From Amphiscolops sp. MND2022 (taxonomy: Eukaryota), in NCBI GenBank assembly GCA_964187785.1, contig OZ076409.1, positions 30,444,001-30,508,000 on the forward strand: a stretch of DNA of 64,000 nt, written 5' to 3'. Each line of letters opens with the position of its first letter. Position 1 is the stretch's first letter. Below, in pieces: positions 1-15,133 of the stretch. The notes beneath the pieces were generated by a model. The model had not been told where the DNA came from. It ran no database searches and saw only the letters and a list, made by a program, of their open reading frames with translations. The position numbers and the translations under genes were made by a program.

Positions 1-1749
1 TGTACAGCGGCATCCGATCATGTTCGAGTCTTTTCTTTGTGTGATGTATTGGATGAGTTGGTTCGTCGTTGGGACAATATAAGGTTGTTTTCGAAAGAAA
101 GTGGAGCTGTGCCCGCGCCCCGAGCAAAAAATTCAATTGATAGTCGCTGATACCTATGTCCTGCCGCGGCTCGGTCTTCTGTTTCGGACAACAGCCTGAA
201 ACCAGTGCTACAAACTACAATGTCACGCCGATTTTTTTTACTGCAGCCTCTTGTGCAAGATAGTTGTTCGAACAATGCTTATGTGTACAGTTTAACTTCA
301 GTATCACACACGTGCACTATAGTGTAACCTTCAGAATAACGCACATATTTTGTGCCCCCGTGTTTGGTTTTCATCATTTGGTCTTTTTCGCTTATAACAC
401 ACACTTCAGAATAACATACTTGAGCGTTTTCTCCCAACGAGGTGTGTAATACTGAAGTTAAACTGTAGTTTCTCAGGAACGAGCCGGTTGTCGCGTTAGC
501 TCTGGGCAACCGTGGGGATGCTGTCCGTCATAGTTTCCTTCGCGAAGGTCATAGCTTCCTGATGGAGTTCCTGAATGTTTTGAACTTCTCTCGTTTTTCA
601 AATTCGCGTCTGCTATCATGACTGAGCTGCTTTTCCCTGATATTCTCTTACAAGCTGGCGAAGTATATACTGTTTCATTATTTCGGGATTTAACTGCTTG
701 TCTTCAAGAGTGTGGGCGTCTTTTGTGGATCGTCGGCGTCGGAATCAGCGAGTCATCTCGACTGTTAAGGCTAACTTCGCTTTCTGGCATCAGACGGAGT
801 TCTTGGGTTGTCGAAGTTGCTTGACTCAGGTAGTGCAGCTTATTTCTGTCGCGGTGGTATCTCGGGGCGCTAGTTATCCTGCTGTAGATATTTAGGTGAG
901 CGGTTGTGCCCCGGAATATTTTGACTTCCTCAATTCTTGCTGTGCAGTCATACATTTCCCATGGTAGTTTTTTCTCTGGATAGTTACTCACAGAGAGGAT
1001 TTGTCTAAAGGAATTGAAGGTGAAATTGCCCGCTGACAAGGCGTTTATGGAGGATGCGTCGTTCACGCGTTGGAGGCCATTGTACGAGCATGGACGCAAG
1101 GATTTTTACCAGGGTCTGCGTAACAAATTCAATACCTACTATCTGGAGCAGGTTTCTGAGAGCGGAAAAGTGCAGGCTTGAGCGTTTTTGTTGGTCTTGG
1201 GTCACCATCCAAGTCTCAGAACGCAACTGATCCGCTTTCTCATGGTCTTCCTCCAGTTGTTTTCATGCGGCCGCTTCTGTGTCTCAGTCTCTTGTTGTCG
1301 AGGGTTCATGCGAGATATCTGTGCTTTCATACTGTTCCAGTCGGTCTTGTGATATCACCCGAGTTCTGGAGGAGAAGAGAACAACCCGGAGGGGTAAAGG
1401 TTCGACCAGTACCACAAGGGGGAGTTGGGCCACTTGTTCAAGAATGCGCGGGACGAAAAAATAGTTGATGATCACATAAGGTTCAACTGAACATTTAGTC
1501 TTGTGATTCCAGTTTCTTTGTGCGTATTTTAGTTCTGTTTTTCAGTCTTCGCTAGCCAGAATTGCTGACAGCTCGAATGAAAGAAAAAAACGGAAAAAAA
1601 AACAAAACTGCGGATGAAGGGTTTGTTTGCATTATATTCTTTTGCTCCTTGAATTGTTTGTTTTGAGTCTTGGGAGAAGTGAGTCATTTGTAGGTTCTGG
1701 AGGATATTGGTTGGTGTACCATACCACGAATTCTTAAAATGCGTTTGTT

Positions 1750-3190
1750 TTGCGAATTGATTGCTACCGGATTGTGATAAGCGTTTCCCATTTGAAAAGA
1801 GGTTGCTGAGTGAACTGTATTTTCCTTTCCGCGGGAAATAGGATTTTGACTAGGATTAGGTTCGGGATTAGTGTGTCCTTCTGAGAGGTAGTGCGTGATT
1901 GTATCTGGCGTAATTTCTTCAGTGACGTTTTCTGCATTTGTTGTATCACCAGGCTAGTAGAAGACTCTGGGTTTAGCTGGGGTGTTGCGCCGTGATCAAG
2001 TGCCCGAAGCCTCATTGCCACGCAGGGGTTGAAAATATTTCGGCTGGACTTGGTTGTCTGGCAATCGGTTATAGATTGCCCAATATTTCAGTCGTATCTT
2101 GATAAGCGTTTGTGTCTTGGTAGTCTGCAATTTTCGTATCAAGCAATTGTTGTTCGGAAAGGACCGAAGTACTATTTGTACCGTAAATATGACTGTAGGA
2201 GGTTTTTGTTTCTTGTATAAGGCGGGCCTTCTCGAGAACGTCTTCTCTCACGCATTTATAGTCGCGGTGATTTGCACTGACTCGATTTATGTCCAAATTT
2301 CAAATCCAGGACATTGTTTGGTACGTTGCCATGGAATACCCGACTGGGTTTGCAATCGAGTGCCGCGAGGTAGGCGGTGTTGTAGTTGAGGGTTGCGATG
2401 GGAACGAACTGATTGTTCTGCGTTTCTTGAGGATATTTTGAGGGCTTTCTTCAGTGGTGCATGGCAGCGCTCGAAGATGCCAATTTTCTGCACATGCTTA
2501 GTTGAGGCATGTCAGAGTTTTAATCCCAAGACACGTGTTGTGTCAGCCATCTCAGCAGACTCAAACTGAATGCCTTTCTCCGTTATTATTGTCGTGGGAA
2601 GGTATGCGTGGCGTGTCATGATGTCCACCAGCACGCGGGCAAACGTTCTTGTGTCAATCCTTGTAACGCAGTAGGTAAAGAGGTACCTGGAGAAGACGTC
2701 CATGGCCGTAACATTGCTGTGTATCCATTTGAAGGGGCAACAAATAGAACGATATCCATTTGCAGGGCGTTTTCAGGACCCATCGCAAGTTTAGCCCCGT
2801 TGATTCTTGGTGGAGTGTGTCACCTGTTGTCCATCATTTTGGTTTGCATGCCTTTCGTGCATTAGTTGACTAGGCGTTAGATCCTGGGCTTAGTCCGGAA
2901 TAGTTATATTTTTCGCGGCATTGCTGTATGACTTTTGCAATCCCCGGGACTCAATCTCTTTGCAATTCCATTTGTTTCTTGGGAGTAAGTAAATTTGTTC
3001 CTCTTCGGCGACATAGGATGACTCTATGTGGACCTCCATTGATGAAATTTGTAACTCATCCCTGATCAGAAGTTGGACTCTCTCGTCCGGGTCGAGGTCT
3101 AGACGAGAGAGGAATTCCGCTGCGGTGTTCATTCGGCCAAGTACGATACATATCCATGCAAGCAAGTTCCCAGATCTTGCGACTTGCATT
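1750..3190 (-). mobile_element. Decayed Ty3/gypsy-like LTR retrotransposon pol (RNase H end plus integrase), fragmented
   Basis: Minus-strand ORF fragments carry integrase motifs MDVFSRYLF...IITEKGIQF (2512-2703) and GIFERCHAPLKKAL (2287-2493), plus the RNase H-end motif GRMNTAAEFLSR (2890-3189). Many stops and frameshifts. Sequence 1-1750 probably belongs to the same element but is not assignable. Confidence 0.75.
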
Positions 3191-5463
3191 AATAACCAAT
3201 CAAAGTGAGAATTATTATATATACAGCTTTACACTTTTGTCATATTACACCAAGTGATAATTAGTTACTCATAATGACTAGAATTCACTAATTTATTGGT
3301 TTACACTTTTTTCCGGAGCTTAAATTGACACTAATCGACTGCTTTACGCACTTCTTCAGTACTACCCACTTTGACTAAGTTACGCAATTTCCCACTACAC
3401 TTTTCGACTGAATTACGCCGATTTCTACATATGTGGTGTATATTAGGCAATTAGTGTTGCAGAGTGATGAAACTGACTGTTTTACGCGTTTTGTGAGTCA
3501 TTGGTTTACCTATGTAAAAGATTGCTTTATAAACATTGTTGTGAAGATTGCAATAGAATAATTTCACTTCAATGCTTTCTGTTTCAGTTAATATAAAGAA
3601 ACAACAGTTTCGAATAACAATTGCAATTGAATTCTAAATGATTTGAGTTCAATCACGAGAAATCAAATCATAAAGTATATGTTTAAAAAGTTTGCTTACT
3701 GTCATGATCAGTAAGCAATCAATTCAGATCATCTAACTTTACAATGGCATTAATTACAAAGAATGACTAGATTCCGTTTGCATGTGTTATTCAATGTAAG
3801 TTTCACTGTATCTATGTATGTGTTAATGTACGCATGCGTTAATTAAATAATCGCATCAATAAATCAAAATTAATTTGTTGTTTAGTCAAACTGATTAAAT
3901 GCCAAGCAAATATTCAATATATATTCATCTGTTTGAGGTAATGTTTTAAAGTGCCGTAAACCAAAGTCAAAGTTTGACTAACTTACACTTTTCGGTAGTT
4001 TTATAAATGGATTAAATGGATAATGGATAATGGACTCATTAAAAGTGAAATTGAATCAAACTTTGACTATTTTACACCTTACTATACATTACGGATATAG
4101 CGAAATTCCATTTTAACCTTTTCGACTGTTTCACACCATTTACTAACTACGCAATTTGACTAGAAATCACCGCGTTCCTATTACCTTTGGCTGCATCACT
4201 ACCTTAATGAATTACTGCGTTCATTGACAAATTTACACTAACTAATCATCTTACTCGAGGAAGTTATTACTATTTTACACCGCGTGATCACTTTTCACTT
4301 TTGCGGGATATGTATCGTAATGTTGGCAATCGTGAAGTTAAATTGCAAAACAAATTCGCATGCATTCCAAAACGCTGGTGTGATAATCTCCGTTTGAAAG
4401 ATTCGTGTCACTGACGTGTTATCTGTCCGGAACAATGACCAGCTTGGCTTGGTCGACCCCCACATTATTTGGCTGTACTCCAGGATAGCGAAGTATATGT
4501 CATTAACTCCTCTGTGTAGAAGTGCATTTTGATTTGGGAAGTCGAGATTGTGATGGACTCAATAGAAAACTTGTGCATACGTCTTCTTGCCCGACGTCTT
4601 CTTTTCGGCATTCTCCCCTAGTCGAAATTGTACAGCGACTTGCTGAAGCTGTCAAAATTGGCCACGATTTTGTCCGTTATCTTGATTTGCTTATCTGCCT
4701 TCACCAAGTAATGGAATGGGGCACTTTTATCAGAAAATTTGGGCGAGTAATTCTTTTGATAATTGACAAACCCTGTAACGGCTGCTTGCCCTTATCTTGC
4801 GCTGAAGCGTGACAAGCTTTACGCCGCCCTGGTCGGTTGCTTAGTACTCTGGACCGTAACTAAACAAAACCTGGTTTTCTTGTTTTGAAGGACTGTATCT
4901 TCTGACTGGTGGGTTCGATGTGACCCGTAGTAGCTCCTGGAGATCCTGCTTAACACTAGGGTTGGTCTACTGAGACCCGTAACAAACTTCCTGCTCTCTA
5001 TCTTTACGCGCTCCTGCTCTCCAACAAAGAGAGTAACTACTTGTTTGCTTTGACTCTAGCGAAAAGTTAAGTTGTAAACATGCGGAAAGTTAAGCAATTA
5101 GTCTTTTGGTTCTAAAACCCAAGTTGACCTCAGCTATTAAGTTGTTCAAATCTTTATCTAGTAAGGATATAAATCTGGTTTGCAATTCTTCAGGTAATAT
5201 AGAACCAAGAAAAGTAAGTATAAATAACTGACATTTAAAACATAACATGAAGTTATTGGCTAAGTAAACAAACTATGTGGTGGTTTTGGCATGTTGGTTA
5301 GGTGGACTAGAAAATATGTTTACACAATAAAAACATCAATAATTTCAACAGATTTAGTTTTCCTTTAATGTCATCTGAGAAAATCACACATTAACTTCCC
5401 TAGTCGATCTCCCATACATTTCATGCCGGAACCATGCAGAAGCGGTACATATCAGAGACTATC

Positions 5464-5643
5464 AGCAAGAATCTTGCAAGAATCTTAGATTTCAGACAAA
5501 CTTGTCAGATTCTGGCAGATCAGACATTTCTTGCAGAATCAAACGTTTCTTGCAAGATTCTTGCATGTCAAGACATTTCATGCAAGATTCTTGGACGGAT
5601 CTTGCAAGAGAATGTCTGAAACCTGAAAGATATTCTGCAAGAA
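5464..5643. repeat. Short array of the palindromic decamer TCTTGCAAGA and variants
   Basis: Repeated tcttgcaaga / tcttgcaga / tcatgcaaga units are visible directly. Confidence 0.7.
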
Positions 5644-7320
5644 AAGGTCTAGAAGTTACGGAAAACGTCAGGATGTTTTTTAATTTTAAACAATTTTGTT
5701 GAAATATGATTTGTTTATTTTAGAACTACCGGTTTTGGGAGATGCATGTTTGGGAGAAGCATGTTTGTCACGATGGCGAGCTAGGTCAACCGCTTGAGCT
5801 GTGTCCCAACTTGCGAGGAACTACTCAAGTGTACATGTACAGTGAGTTGAAACATACGTCAGTGCATCAAGAGAAAATACAGGTGTAAACGATTTCTGCT
5901 ACTGCTACAATAGGTGTAGCCCAGAAGGTAGTCTTAGTCTCATGAAGACGGAAGCAGCTGACTACCTCCGGAGTAATTCGTCAAAGTTTGGATATTCGGT
6001 CTACTTGACTGCAACAAACTTGAATCACAAATGTCGAACGAACTCTTTTGCTGTAATCTGTGAATACGTGCACATGATTATGTTTATCTTCATCATTATA
6101 AATATAGTTTTGCTGATGTTGTAAATATCTTTTAGATAGAAATTGTCAATCTCTATTTTCAGTTTACGTTCAAGAATCCAGCATTTTCCTCCAAGTTACC
6201 TCCAATATCAGGCATATTTTTCCAAATTACTCTCAAGCTTCAGGTATTTTTCCTAACTTTACTAGATTTAAAATGAAATACATTCACCCAAAATAAATTT
6301 TCGCGAATCTGCAAACTAGCTCTAGAGGGGGGAATTGTGAAAGAGACCCAAACTAAATTTAAGTCTAAGAAACTTTTTCTGTTGATGTTTTTCAAAATTC
6401 TTGAGTGATTTCGAAACAATAACGCCTAAAATTGCGGCGACAATCACAGTACTGTCCTTCCTAGTCTGACCTAACTTGATACATGTACAGATATTAGACA
6501 CCAAGGCGTACAGGCAAAGGAAACTTGTTCAAATGTTTCTTTGTTTGGAGCCGCGGACAGTGAGTCCATTTCGGTATCAACACATCAGACCGCTTCATTC
6601 TAATATTGATTTCATGCTTGTGTTTGTAATAATTGAATAAAGGCCAAGTACTAAACCACCCAGTGCCTTGAAAGTACAGATATCATTCTCAAAAGTGAAA
6701 TGTTATACAAAGGCGGGTAAATGCTATCTGGAATGAAACCAACTTGAGGTTTTTCCAAGAAATGGACTATTTGAAGCTTTCCCAAATTAACAGCTATAAG
6801 CTCCGCGATCTCAACTAACAATCAAGAGAAAAGAGATGAAACAACAGGGTTCAGAACTAAAATTACAAAAAAACCGTCGGTCTGCCTTCGATCCAAGAGA
6901 TACGGAGAACCTTAGTCCTTACACCCCCACCAATTTGATTCCCCCAGTTAAGCGGTCCGGTCAAGTGAAATTATCAATAAATTAATAGTAACAACCAATC
7001 AAATTGCAGTATTTTGCAACTTACTGCAACTGAAACTCATCACTGGCAAAAGTGAGGAATTAAACATTCCGCGCTCACTGTGGGGGGGGATTAACAGAAA
7101 AGATCAAAAAGGAAAAAAGGAATCAGATCAAAAACATGAGTCAATTCAATCTACCACCGTGATGATATTTTGACATAGAGATTCACGATATCGGAGTATG
7201 GGTAGCCCTAATCAGCTATCTTGAGGGGCGAACAATTTTCAGCGGATGCGGGACTTTCTAATAGTAACAAAATTAGTGCTGTTACAGCCAATATGCATGG
7301 AACTTGATTTATTGGAGGTT

Positions 7321-7470
7321 CATATTTGTTGTATAGATCGGTCTCTTCGCTCCCTTCGCCAAGTAGCACCATTGAGGCACGGCAATAATTGCACGTAGCT
7401 CCGCTTCGCTTCGCTCCTGCACTCAGGGCATTAGGGGTATGTGTACATAGCTTACTACGTTATAATAATA
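7321..7470. repeat. Dispersed ~150-bp repeat with CGCTTCGCTTCGCT, possibly a non-autonomous Helentron/DINE-like element
   Basis: The same block (atatttgttgtat...cgcttcgcttcgctcctgca...ctacgttataataa) recurs at ~45700-45845, ~49947-50092 and ~54022-54168. The family assignment is inference only. Confidence 0.6.
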
Positions 7471-8821
7471 TATTTATCGACTGCTAATATTACACATTGA
7501 CAAAATCGGTTTTTTACCAATTGGCGTTTTTGTACTGTTTTAAATTCGGCTGTTTTGTCTTATTTTGAAAATCGGCTGTTTTGTCCCGTTTAAAATCGTC
7601 TGTTTTGTCCCGCACCCATTTCAGCGTTCCTATTGGCTAATGGAGAAAAATAGGTTCAAATTTGAATACATGGGATCATATGTTCATTTTCCCCCGATCA
7701 ATCCTCCCAACACTAAAGCACATTTTGTTCTTGAAAAAAATATTTCAAAAATAAGAGAATAATACTTTCGGAGGAGAGTCTTCTTTTTATGTTGAAACAT
7801 CTTTCATTATTTTTTCTTTCAAATGTGTTTTTCATATATGTCCCAGTGTCTCGGTCTTATGAAGCGTAAACCTAAGCTGAGTTTCAATTCGCAACCTCGT
7901 CTTCGCCCAGACAAACTGTACCTCCAGATTTAGGTTCCCTCAAAGACTTCTTTCGGGACACTGACTCTGATGTACTGAATTTGGGTGAGTGCACTACGAT
8001 CATGGACCCTGTGTCACTCTTTACTGACCCTCTTGAAAAGCCAGAGGCAGCTACCGGTGAGTCTTGTTTCACCGTATTGCATCCGTCCCATCAACACTGC
8101 GAACTGTTTGAACTTTTTGGGAGGATAATCAGGACACAGATCTGTCTGACACGGGCAATACTCAACGGAATACCGTTTTGAACTCTCTTGATCCCTTCCC
8201 CAATCTCAGGCGGCTCAGCGGGCCAATCAGGTCCCTTTTAAGGTCATATTTCGATAACAATGTGCCAGTTACACTATCATACTACCGTCACATTTAGTGA
8301 AGATCAGGTGTACAATTTGATACGAGCATGTGATGAAACCGCTCATGCGTCTTCCCAGATGATGTGTGGATTGTTGCAGCGGGCTTCCAGATTACCTGCC
8401 AGTATTCCTGTGCGTCCTGGCCGCACAGGACTTCCTCAGTTCAACAGTTTCAGACCGTCCACACCAATGCCCTCTATGGCTCGAACTTCTATAGCTAGCG
8501 ACGTGTGCCCGCTCAGCAGCGATCCAGAGTGTTACACCAGCGGAGCTATCCAAACTGGGGATAGTAACATCAAGGCCAGTACCCGATTTTGAAGACCACT
8601 TTGTTGGACAGTCGGCTTCTAGCCCTGATTTTGACGCTGACAAATCTCCCGTAGCTTCCGCCAGCAGTCAAAACCGAGTCACTCTCGCGTCCCTTCGAAA
8701 GGAGACACTTGATGAGTTCACAAACGGGGGAAAGGCCAAAAATCTACTCGATCAATTGCCGTTGGGGATCCGCCCCCGAGAAGTCCCGAATGAGACGTCC
8801 TGACAAGGTGTTCAAGGAGTC

Positions 8822-9151
8822 GTGCTACTGGAAAATAGAGTGGCCACGAGTCTTCGTCTCTGGGCCCATGAACCCGTTGAAAATCCACATTGTTTTTATT
8901 GTCAAATCTGCCGTAGAAATGTGTCTTTTTACGGGAAAGAAGCAGCCGGAGTCAAGCGCCACTACTCGTCACTTGAACATTTCAGAAACGACCAGAGGTG
9001 GCGTTACACCCACCTCAGTAGAACTGATCCTGTGAGTCAGATTGTGTCTCAGAGAGTCAGATTGTGCGAGACAAGAAGGGCAACTAGCTTTGCAAATTTA
9101 AATTGGAACTTGAATTACCTAAATTCCTCATTACGAGACACATCCCGGTAA
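8822..9151 (+). pseudogene. Zinc-finger (BED/C2H2-like) fragment, probably the N-terminus of a decayed DNA transposase
   Basis: FYCQICRRNVSF...VKRHYSSLEH (CxxC...H-x4-H), embedded in frameshifted coding-like DNA from ~7880. Confidence 0.45.
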
Positions 9152-10419
9152 AATGGATTTCAGTCACGCAGCGTAATCTGTGTAATCTGTGAAGTAGAAG
9201 TTCAGCCTAAGTTAGTCAAGACGGTCTATGCCTGGATGGTGTAGCTGTGTCAACGCGCGTAATTGAAAATAGTGTTAACTAGTCAAGGTACGTAGTTAGT
9301 GAAAAGTGGAAGTTTGTCCAAAATTAACACTTTTTCGTAATTCAGTCAAAACTTTGACCACATTCCACTTATTGCAAGTATAGCGATCAGCAAGTTGCAA
9401 AAAGTGGAATGTTGTCAAAATTTGACTAACTTACATCATGTTTATATGCATTCAAAACTCGAAATTCATTTTACTTCCAATTCATACCATCTCATCGTAA
9501 ATCAGTCAAATTGAACAAAGATCAATTGAAAATTTTTTCACCTTTACTAAGCTGTATCGTGCATAGAACGTATTAACTGCATTAAATGCAAGTTGCGCAC
9601 GTGTAAACGTGTTTTTCATCCATGCATTTTACGTGCAATTATATAACTTGTAGCTACTATTTAGCACCTTTATAACAATCTGTCACCAGGTTTCCTAGTT
9701 TAAGAAAATGTAATTTCAAAGCAGCCATCATCAATAATTGTTCAACTAATTTTAATTTTAGTCCCTCTTGTCAGCAAAGCACGGTCACAGTAATAATTGT
9801 TAATGAATTGATCAACTTAGTTATTCTGGTCTGGTCAATTTTGATCCTGTCGTGAGCAACATCAAGAAAAGTTGTTACAAATAGTCTATACGAAATTGAA
9901 GCTTCAACAAACCGAAAACAAATAGTTTATGGAATACCAATCATGAACCATGTGCCTTAAGCCCCTTTAGAAAAACACGAATTCCTAATATTTGTTAGTT
10001 GTTAATTTTTAATTGTTTCAAAAACTAGTACATGTTAGTTCTTAATAACAACTAACACCCCCTATTATGTCGACATAATGATCTTTGTCGTTTGTTTTTC
10101 GATCAAACGTCTATACGAAGTTTCAGTATTCCATTATTTTGCTTCAATGATTGTTTCTTTTTCCTCACACCCGCCTTTGTGTCGATATAATGTTCTTTGT
10201 ATATTGTCTCCCCATCACCTCGAAACTAACTACAAGTGTTAGTCAAAAAAATGAATGGCGTTTTTGAAGAAGTAAATTCAATTGTTCAAATGAAAAGCTT
10301 GAATCTTTACAAATAAATGATTGTTAGTCTTGTGATGAATACATGAAAGAATTGAAAAACGTCTTATGTATGTTTTAAAAGATTATGAAAGTGTGCAAAG
10401 CAGCGGCAAAGTGGGAATG

Positions 10420-11560
10420 ATGGCGCAGTCAAAAATTTGCGTATGCGAAGCTAGATGAGACTGTTAGTACGACAGGGTCGATCCCACCCATTATTACACT
10501 GGCTAGGTGAATCGATGGATACAACTTTGACGAAGATTTCCTTCATATTGATTCAGCAAAAGACATCGGTCTCATTCCTCGGAAGATCCCACATGGAACG
10601 ATCACTACGCCACTGAAGTATCGTTTTTGATGAGAGGAACTCCAAGGAGTGGCGTTTTCCTGTGTGGCAACTTTGTGTGGTGACCAGAACTTGGTAAGTA
10701 TTGATTGCAATATTATTCATTTTCTTCCAAATGCCTTTCAGTAGAACTTTTTCGATGATCATCAGCTAATTGATGCAACCAACAAACTTCATTCTTTCGA
10801 AATTTCAAGTTCAAATCATTGTGAAATAAATGTTAGAAAAAAAATAAATTTTGGTAATGCGAATGGACGCCAATAAACTATCAATTCAATAAGTATTGCA
10901 GTTACTTTTCCTATACTATTTATTATTAAGGCCTGGTGGTGACTCAAAGCAAATCACTGATACAAGTTCCCTCCATATTGATTCAGCTATTTTTCCCTAC
11001 GTTTTGATTCAGCAAAAGATATATGTCTTGTTCCGATTTTCAATGATAGGAAAATCCCACATGGAAAGTTCACTGCGTCACTGCTTCTCTTTTTGATGAA
11101 AGGAATGTTTTTTTCTGTTTCCAAGTTTTTGATTGTATATTTCCTTAAAAACTTTCGACTAGCCTGAATACCTTTATGGTTGATTTGATTGATTGATTAC
11201 GCAAAAATAGTGGAGGATGTTTGTATCTCAAATCCAAACAGTCACCTTGAAAAAAATTAAATTGATGTTTTCTGGTTTTTAATCAAGTCTTCTTGCTATT
11301 ATATTTAAATTAGATTTCAAAAAACCTAGCGGTGGAGAAAAGAGCCAAGAGCAACTCCAAGGAGTGACTTTGTTCTGTATCGTAAGTCTTTGTTGTGAAT
11401 CAATGCGTGAGACAATTCAATTCGGATTGATTGAGCAAAATACATGAATCTGTTTTCCTCGGCTTTCAAATGATAAGAAGATTTCACATGGAAGGATTAC
11501 TGCGTCACTGCATCCCTTCATGGTGACAAAGTATTTCACAAAGGTTTTGATGAGAGGAAG
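10420..11560 (+). repeat. Three degenerate tandem copies (~430-460-bp spacing) of a segment preceded by a tRNA-like head
   Basis: gattcagcaaaag...cccacatggaa...cactgcgtcactg...ttttgatgagaggaa recurs at ~10550, ~11005 and ~11430. A-box/B-box-like tggcgcagt...gtcgatccc lies at 10421-10485. Confidence 0.55.
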
Positions 11561-12028
11561 AACAATGAGTGACTGCTTGAAGGAAGACAGTAAATCCTGG
11601 GGCAGAGCAGACCCAAACTAGTTTCCCCCATCAAGCGTTCCATTTGTTCCCTGCTGAAATTAGCTAAAGATGTATTTCAGAACTTGTTCAAAGATTTTTT
11701 TTTCTTTACACTGGGCTGAAGAATTTTGATAGAGAGGGGAACTTGCCGAGTGAATTAACAGAAGGAACCCCTTTCATTAGTTAGTAAACTGTTAAACATT
11801 GATCCCTGTCGTGATCCATGATCTTTACATTTATCCAATCTTTGATGCCTATCGTGAGCATCAACAAAAAAAGTTCCAAAAAATTACAATTTTGAAAACT
11901 TTTCATCACTATATGAAATCAGAAACTCTCCACCAATACAACCCACTTTTTGAAACCCCCAATAAAAGAAAAAAAGTGAACTAGGCTTCTTTGTTAAACT
12001 CCCTTTTTCCCCTCCCCCAACCACAAAG

Positions 12029-12172
12029 TTTTATAACTCTAAACAGGGATGTAAAAAACAATGTATAAAAATAATTCGACAATACAAAATAAAAATTCTT
12101 CAAGAATTTTTGTTTTGTGTTGTCGATTTTTTTAATAAATTGTTTTTTACATCCCTGATTAGAGTTATAAAA
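12029..12172. repeat. Imperfect ~144-bp palindrome (MITE-like fold-back)
   Basis: ttttataactctaaacagggatgtaaaaaacaa... pairs with ...ttgttttttacatccctgattagagttataaaa around a centre at ~12100. Confidence 0.85.
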
Positions 12173-15133
12173 GTCTACTGTACGAAACTACTCTGATGAA
12201 AGTAACTGATACAGTTATAACTAATACTAATAGAGCCTAACAAAACAAACTAATAAAATTCTACTGTACCGTTTGTACGAAATAAAGGAAGATAACGACG
12301 AGAATAAAAAGGCATTAGTTCAAAATTCACCATCCTTTGGAGCTTTGCAAACAAAAGTTTCATAAATCAGGAAAGCTCACTCTGAAACTGAACGGACGGT
12401 TTCGTTCCTTTGTTTACCATTTAATAAATTTTAAACTTTGTTACAACTACTCATGGTTTCAAAAAGGATGCGAATAAGTGAATGAAACGAAAATTTCAAC
12501 TTAGAGCCCTCATTTCCTTATGAAGTTCGAACTGTTCCCTTCCTATTAGAAGCCTACCTTATTTGGCGAATACGGTGATTCGTCGTTGATGAACAAGCGT
12601 TTGCGTACTACCTTATTTGGTCGAAAAGAGCCTACTTTAGAGTTCTTCAAGTTTGATCGCGATAACATTCAAATTAAATTGGCGGTAATCAGATTTATCT
12701 GAAGAGACGAAACTCCTTTATGAATAAGCTTTGGATTTATATGAAAATTAGTCAGCAGAAACATGCTATAAAATATGGATAACGAAACAACGAAAGCAAC
12801 AAAATGCCATTTTCAATTGACTAAATCTTGGAGACCAAAACTTCTTAGGCCCAATAGTATGCGACTTCATGCAATATGACGAATGCTTTACCGTTTGGTT
12901 GATAGCTAGGCATTACGGAAATTGAAATACGGAAGAAGCATTGAATGTGTAAAAACAACAAATGTATTTATCACTGAGAAATACTGAAATTATTGATTGT
13001 TAAGCGCGTCGCATCTCAGAAAAGTTTATCATCATTTCTCGGAAATATATGAACTCAGCTAAATGTGGAAAAATTTTCTTCAAAATGGATATAAAATTAT
13101 GTGATGCGAAATTTGGAAAATTATTTGGAATATGAATAATCTTATTAATCCTAAGCCTACTTATGATCGTTAGTTGAAATGGGAACAAACGTTCACTTTC
13201 ATAGCAATCATTGGCTGCTATGAATGAATCAAATCGAGAGTTTTTAAAATTGGCAGTCAGAATTTTTTAAATTTGACATCAATATTAATGACTATTTGGT
13301 AATTATGAACGCCAACACGAATTCGAAAATTGATGATCGAAGGTTCAATTGTGATACTTTCTCACCACTGTTGCAAAACACTTCTGATAGCAGAAGAGCT
13401 CTTGCGTAATATTAGCCCCGAGAAGAAACAATTAGCTTCGAAATTTATCATCATGTGAAATCAAGCAAAAACGGTTGACCGTTGAGTCCTCTCCCGTTAC
13501 AGAAGTTTCAACAAAGTGTTAGGTAAGATAGTGATTGTTTTGTTTACTTTCCGCAGTACTTAGCTATCTAAAAATTTAGTCACCTTATTAAAAGCTTTAA
13601 ATATAGTATCGTTTCAAAAAAGTTTTCTGGTGTAACCCCCCCCCCTCCAAAACGATCATCTAATCTATTTTGAACCTGAATCTGTTACTGAGGAACTGGA
13701 TATAAACTGAGTCGGACACTTTTCAAGCGCCGAATTTTGGTCGCGTTAACCTAACTGATGTCACTTTCTTTGTCACTGTTATCATCCATATTATCATTAC
13801 TAACTTGGACTTGGTTGTTGCTTGCACTTTGGGCGGCTATCGTGATCACCATATAGAACTTAATCTGAGTTTAAGAGTTGAATTGGTGATATGGGAATGT
13901 TTTTAAAGTAAGATGTTGGAATGAAATTGTAGTGTAGTAACGAATGGAAATTAATGTCAAGAGCGTCTGCTCGTTATGGTAACTAAAATCTTACTGAACT
14001 TCGCTCGTATCCTTTGCCGGTACTCACTTCTAATTATGCGTTGTTATATACTGCTTTAAGATTGATTGTCACGTCAACTGTTAGTTATAGCATAATTACG
14101 ACAGCACCTTGTGGTCGTCACCGAATACAATATACCTGCACATTAACATTCATTTGCACATGCTACATGCTGGTTTGTGTAATAAACATTTGTTTTGCAC
14201 TGCATTGTGTTAAGAGCACTAAATCATTGCAACTTGTAACCATTGTTACTGTAATTTTACAATGGCGAACAATGTTTTCTTAAGGCATACTAAGCGCCGC
14301 TTCAAGTACAATTGATGACGAACCACAATAGTCGTTGTTGTGGGCTTTTATGACTTTACAGAATTGTATAAATTTATGCTTCATGACAGGAAAAATCAGA
14401 ACTATGTTGGTTTGTATGAGAATGAGAATCTAATACTTGGCGACCGATTAAGTCGTTTTTTTGTCTTCTATTAGTTTCACGAATATTGGCTGAATAAATG
14501 GTTGATTTTCTGATCTTGTGACAACTGGATGTAGTAGCCGTCCGTTCTATTCATGCTTTTGGGCATGACAGGTATGAATTTGAACCGTGAAAAAATTAGG
14601 AAGAAAGACGCAGCTATCTGCTTCTCGCAATAGTGGAAATTATTATAAAATCAGACAAAATTTAGTATGAACCCCTTTACACGTGCAATAAACAAGTGTT
14701 ATCGGAAATGGCGGGTGCTTTGTTTCTCGTTTTGTCAGGCGGCCCAGTTCAGGAGGTCATGGTCTAGTGGTATGTTTTCACTTGTGTATGCAGCCTATTT
14801 TCTATCTGAAAAGCAGCTTCGACGACAAGCAATTCTTATTTCGGGACCCGAATTGTGTCGTTTTTGTGGTTTTACTGAATTGATCAGTTAGAGGAAAAAT
14901 TGTCCGACTCCTTAATGGTATGATATGGTTCTCGGTATGACATTGCTTATTTGGTTTTCTCTTCAAAAGTTCGCAAGTGTTTGCGAAGCACGGCTTCGCC
15001 TCGGTGTTTTATATGGTACCTCGAACACCTCCAAAGTTCATGTCAGGAATGTAAACGGTTTGACACGTAGTTTAAACCAATGTCGTAGTCTTCTCAACCC
15101 AGTTTACTAATGCTGTGGTTTCCTTTGGCTCAC

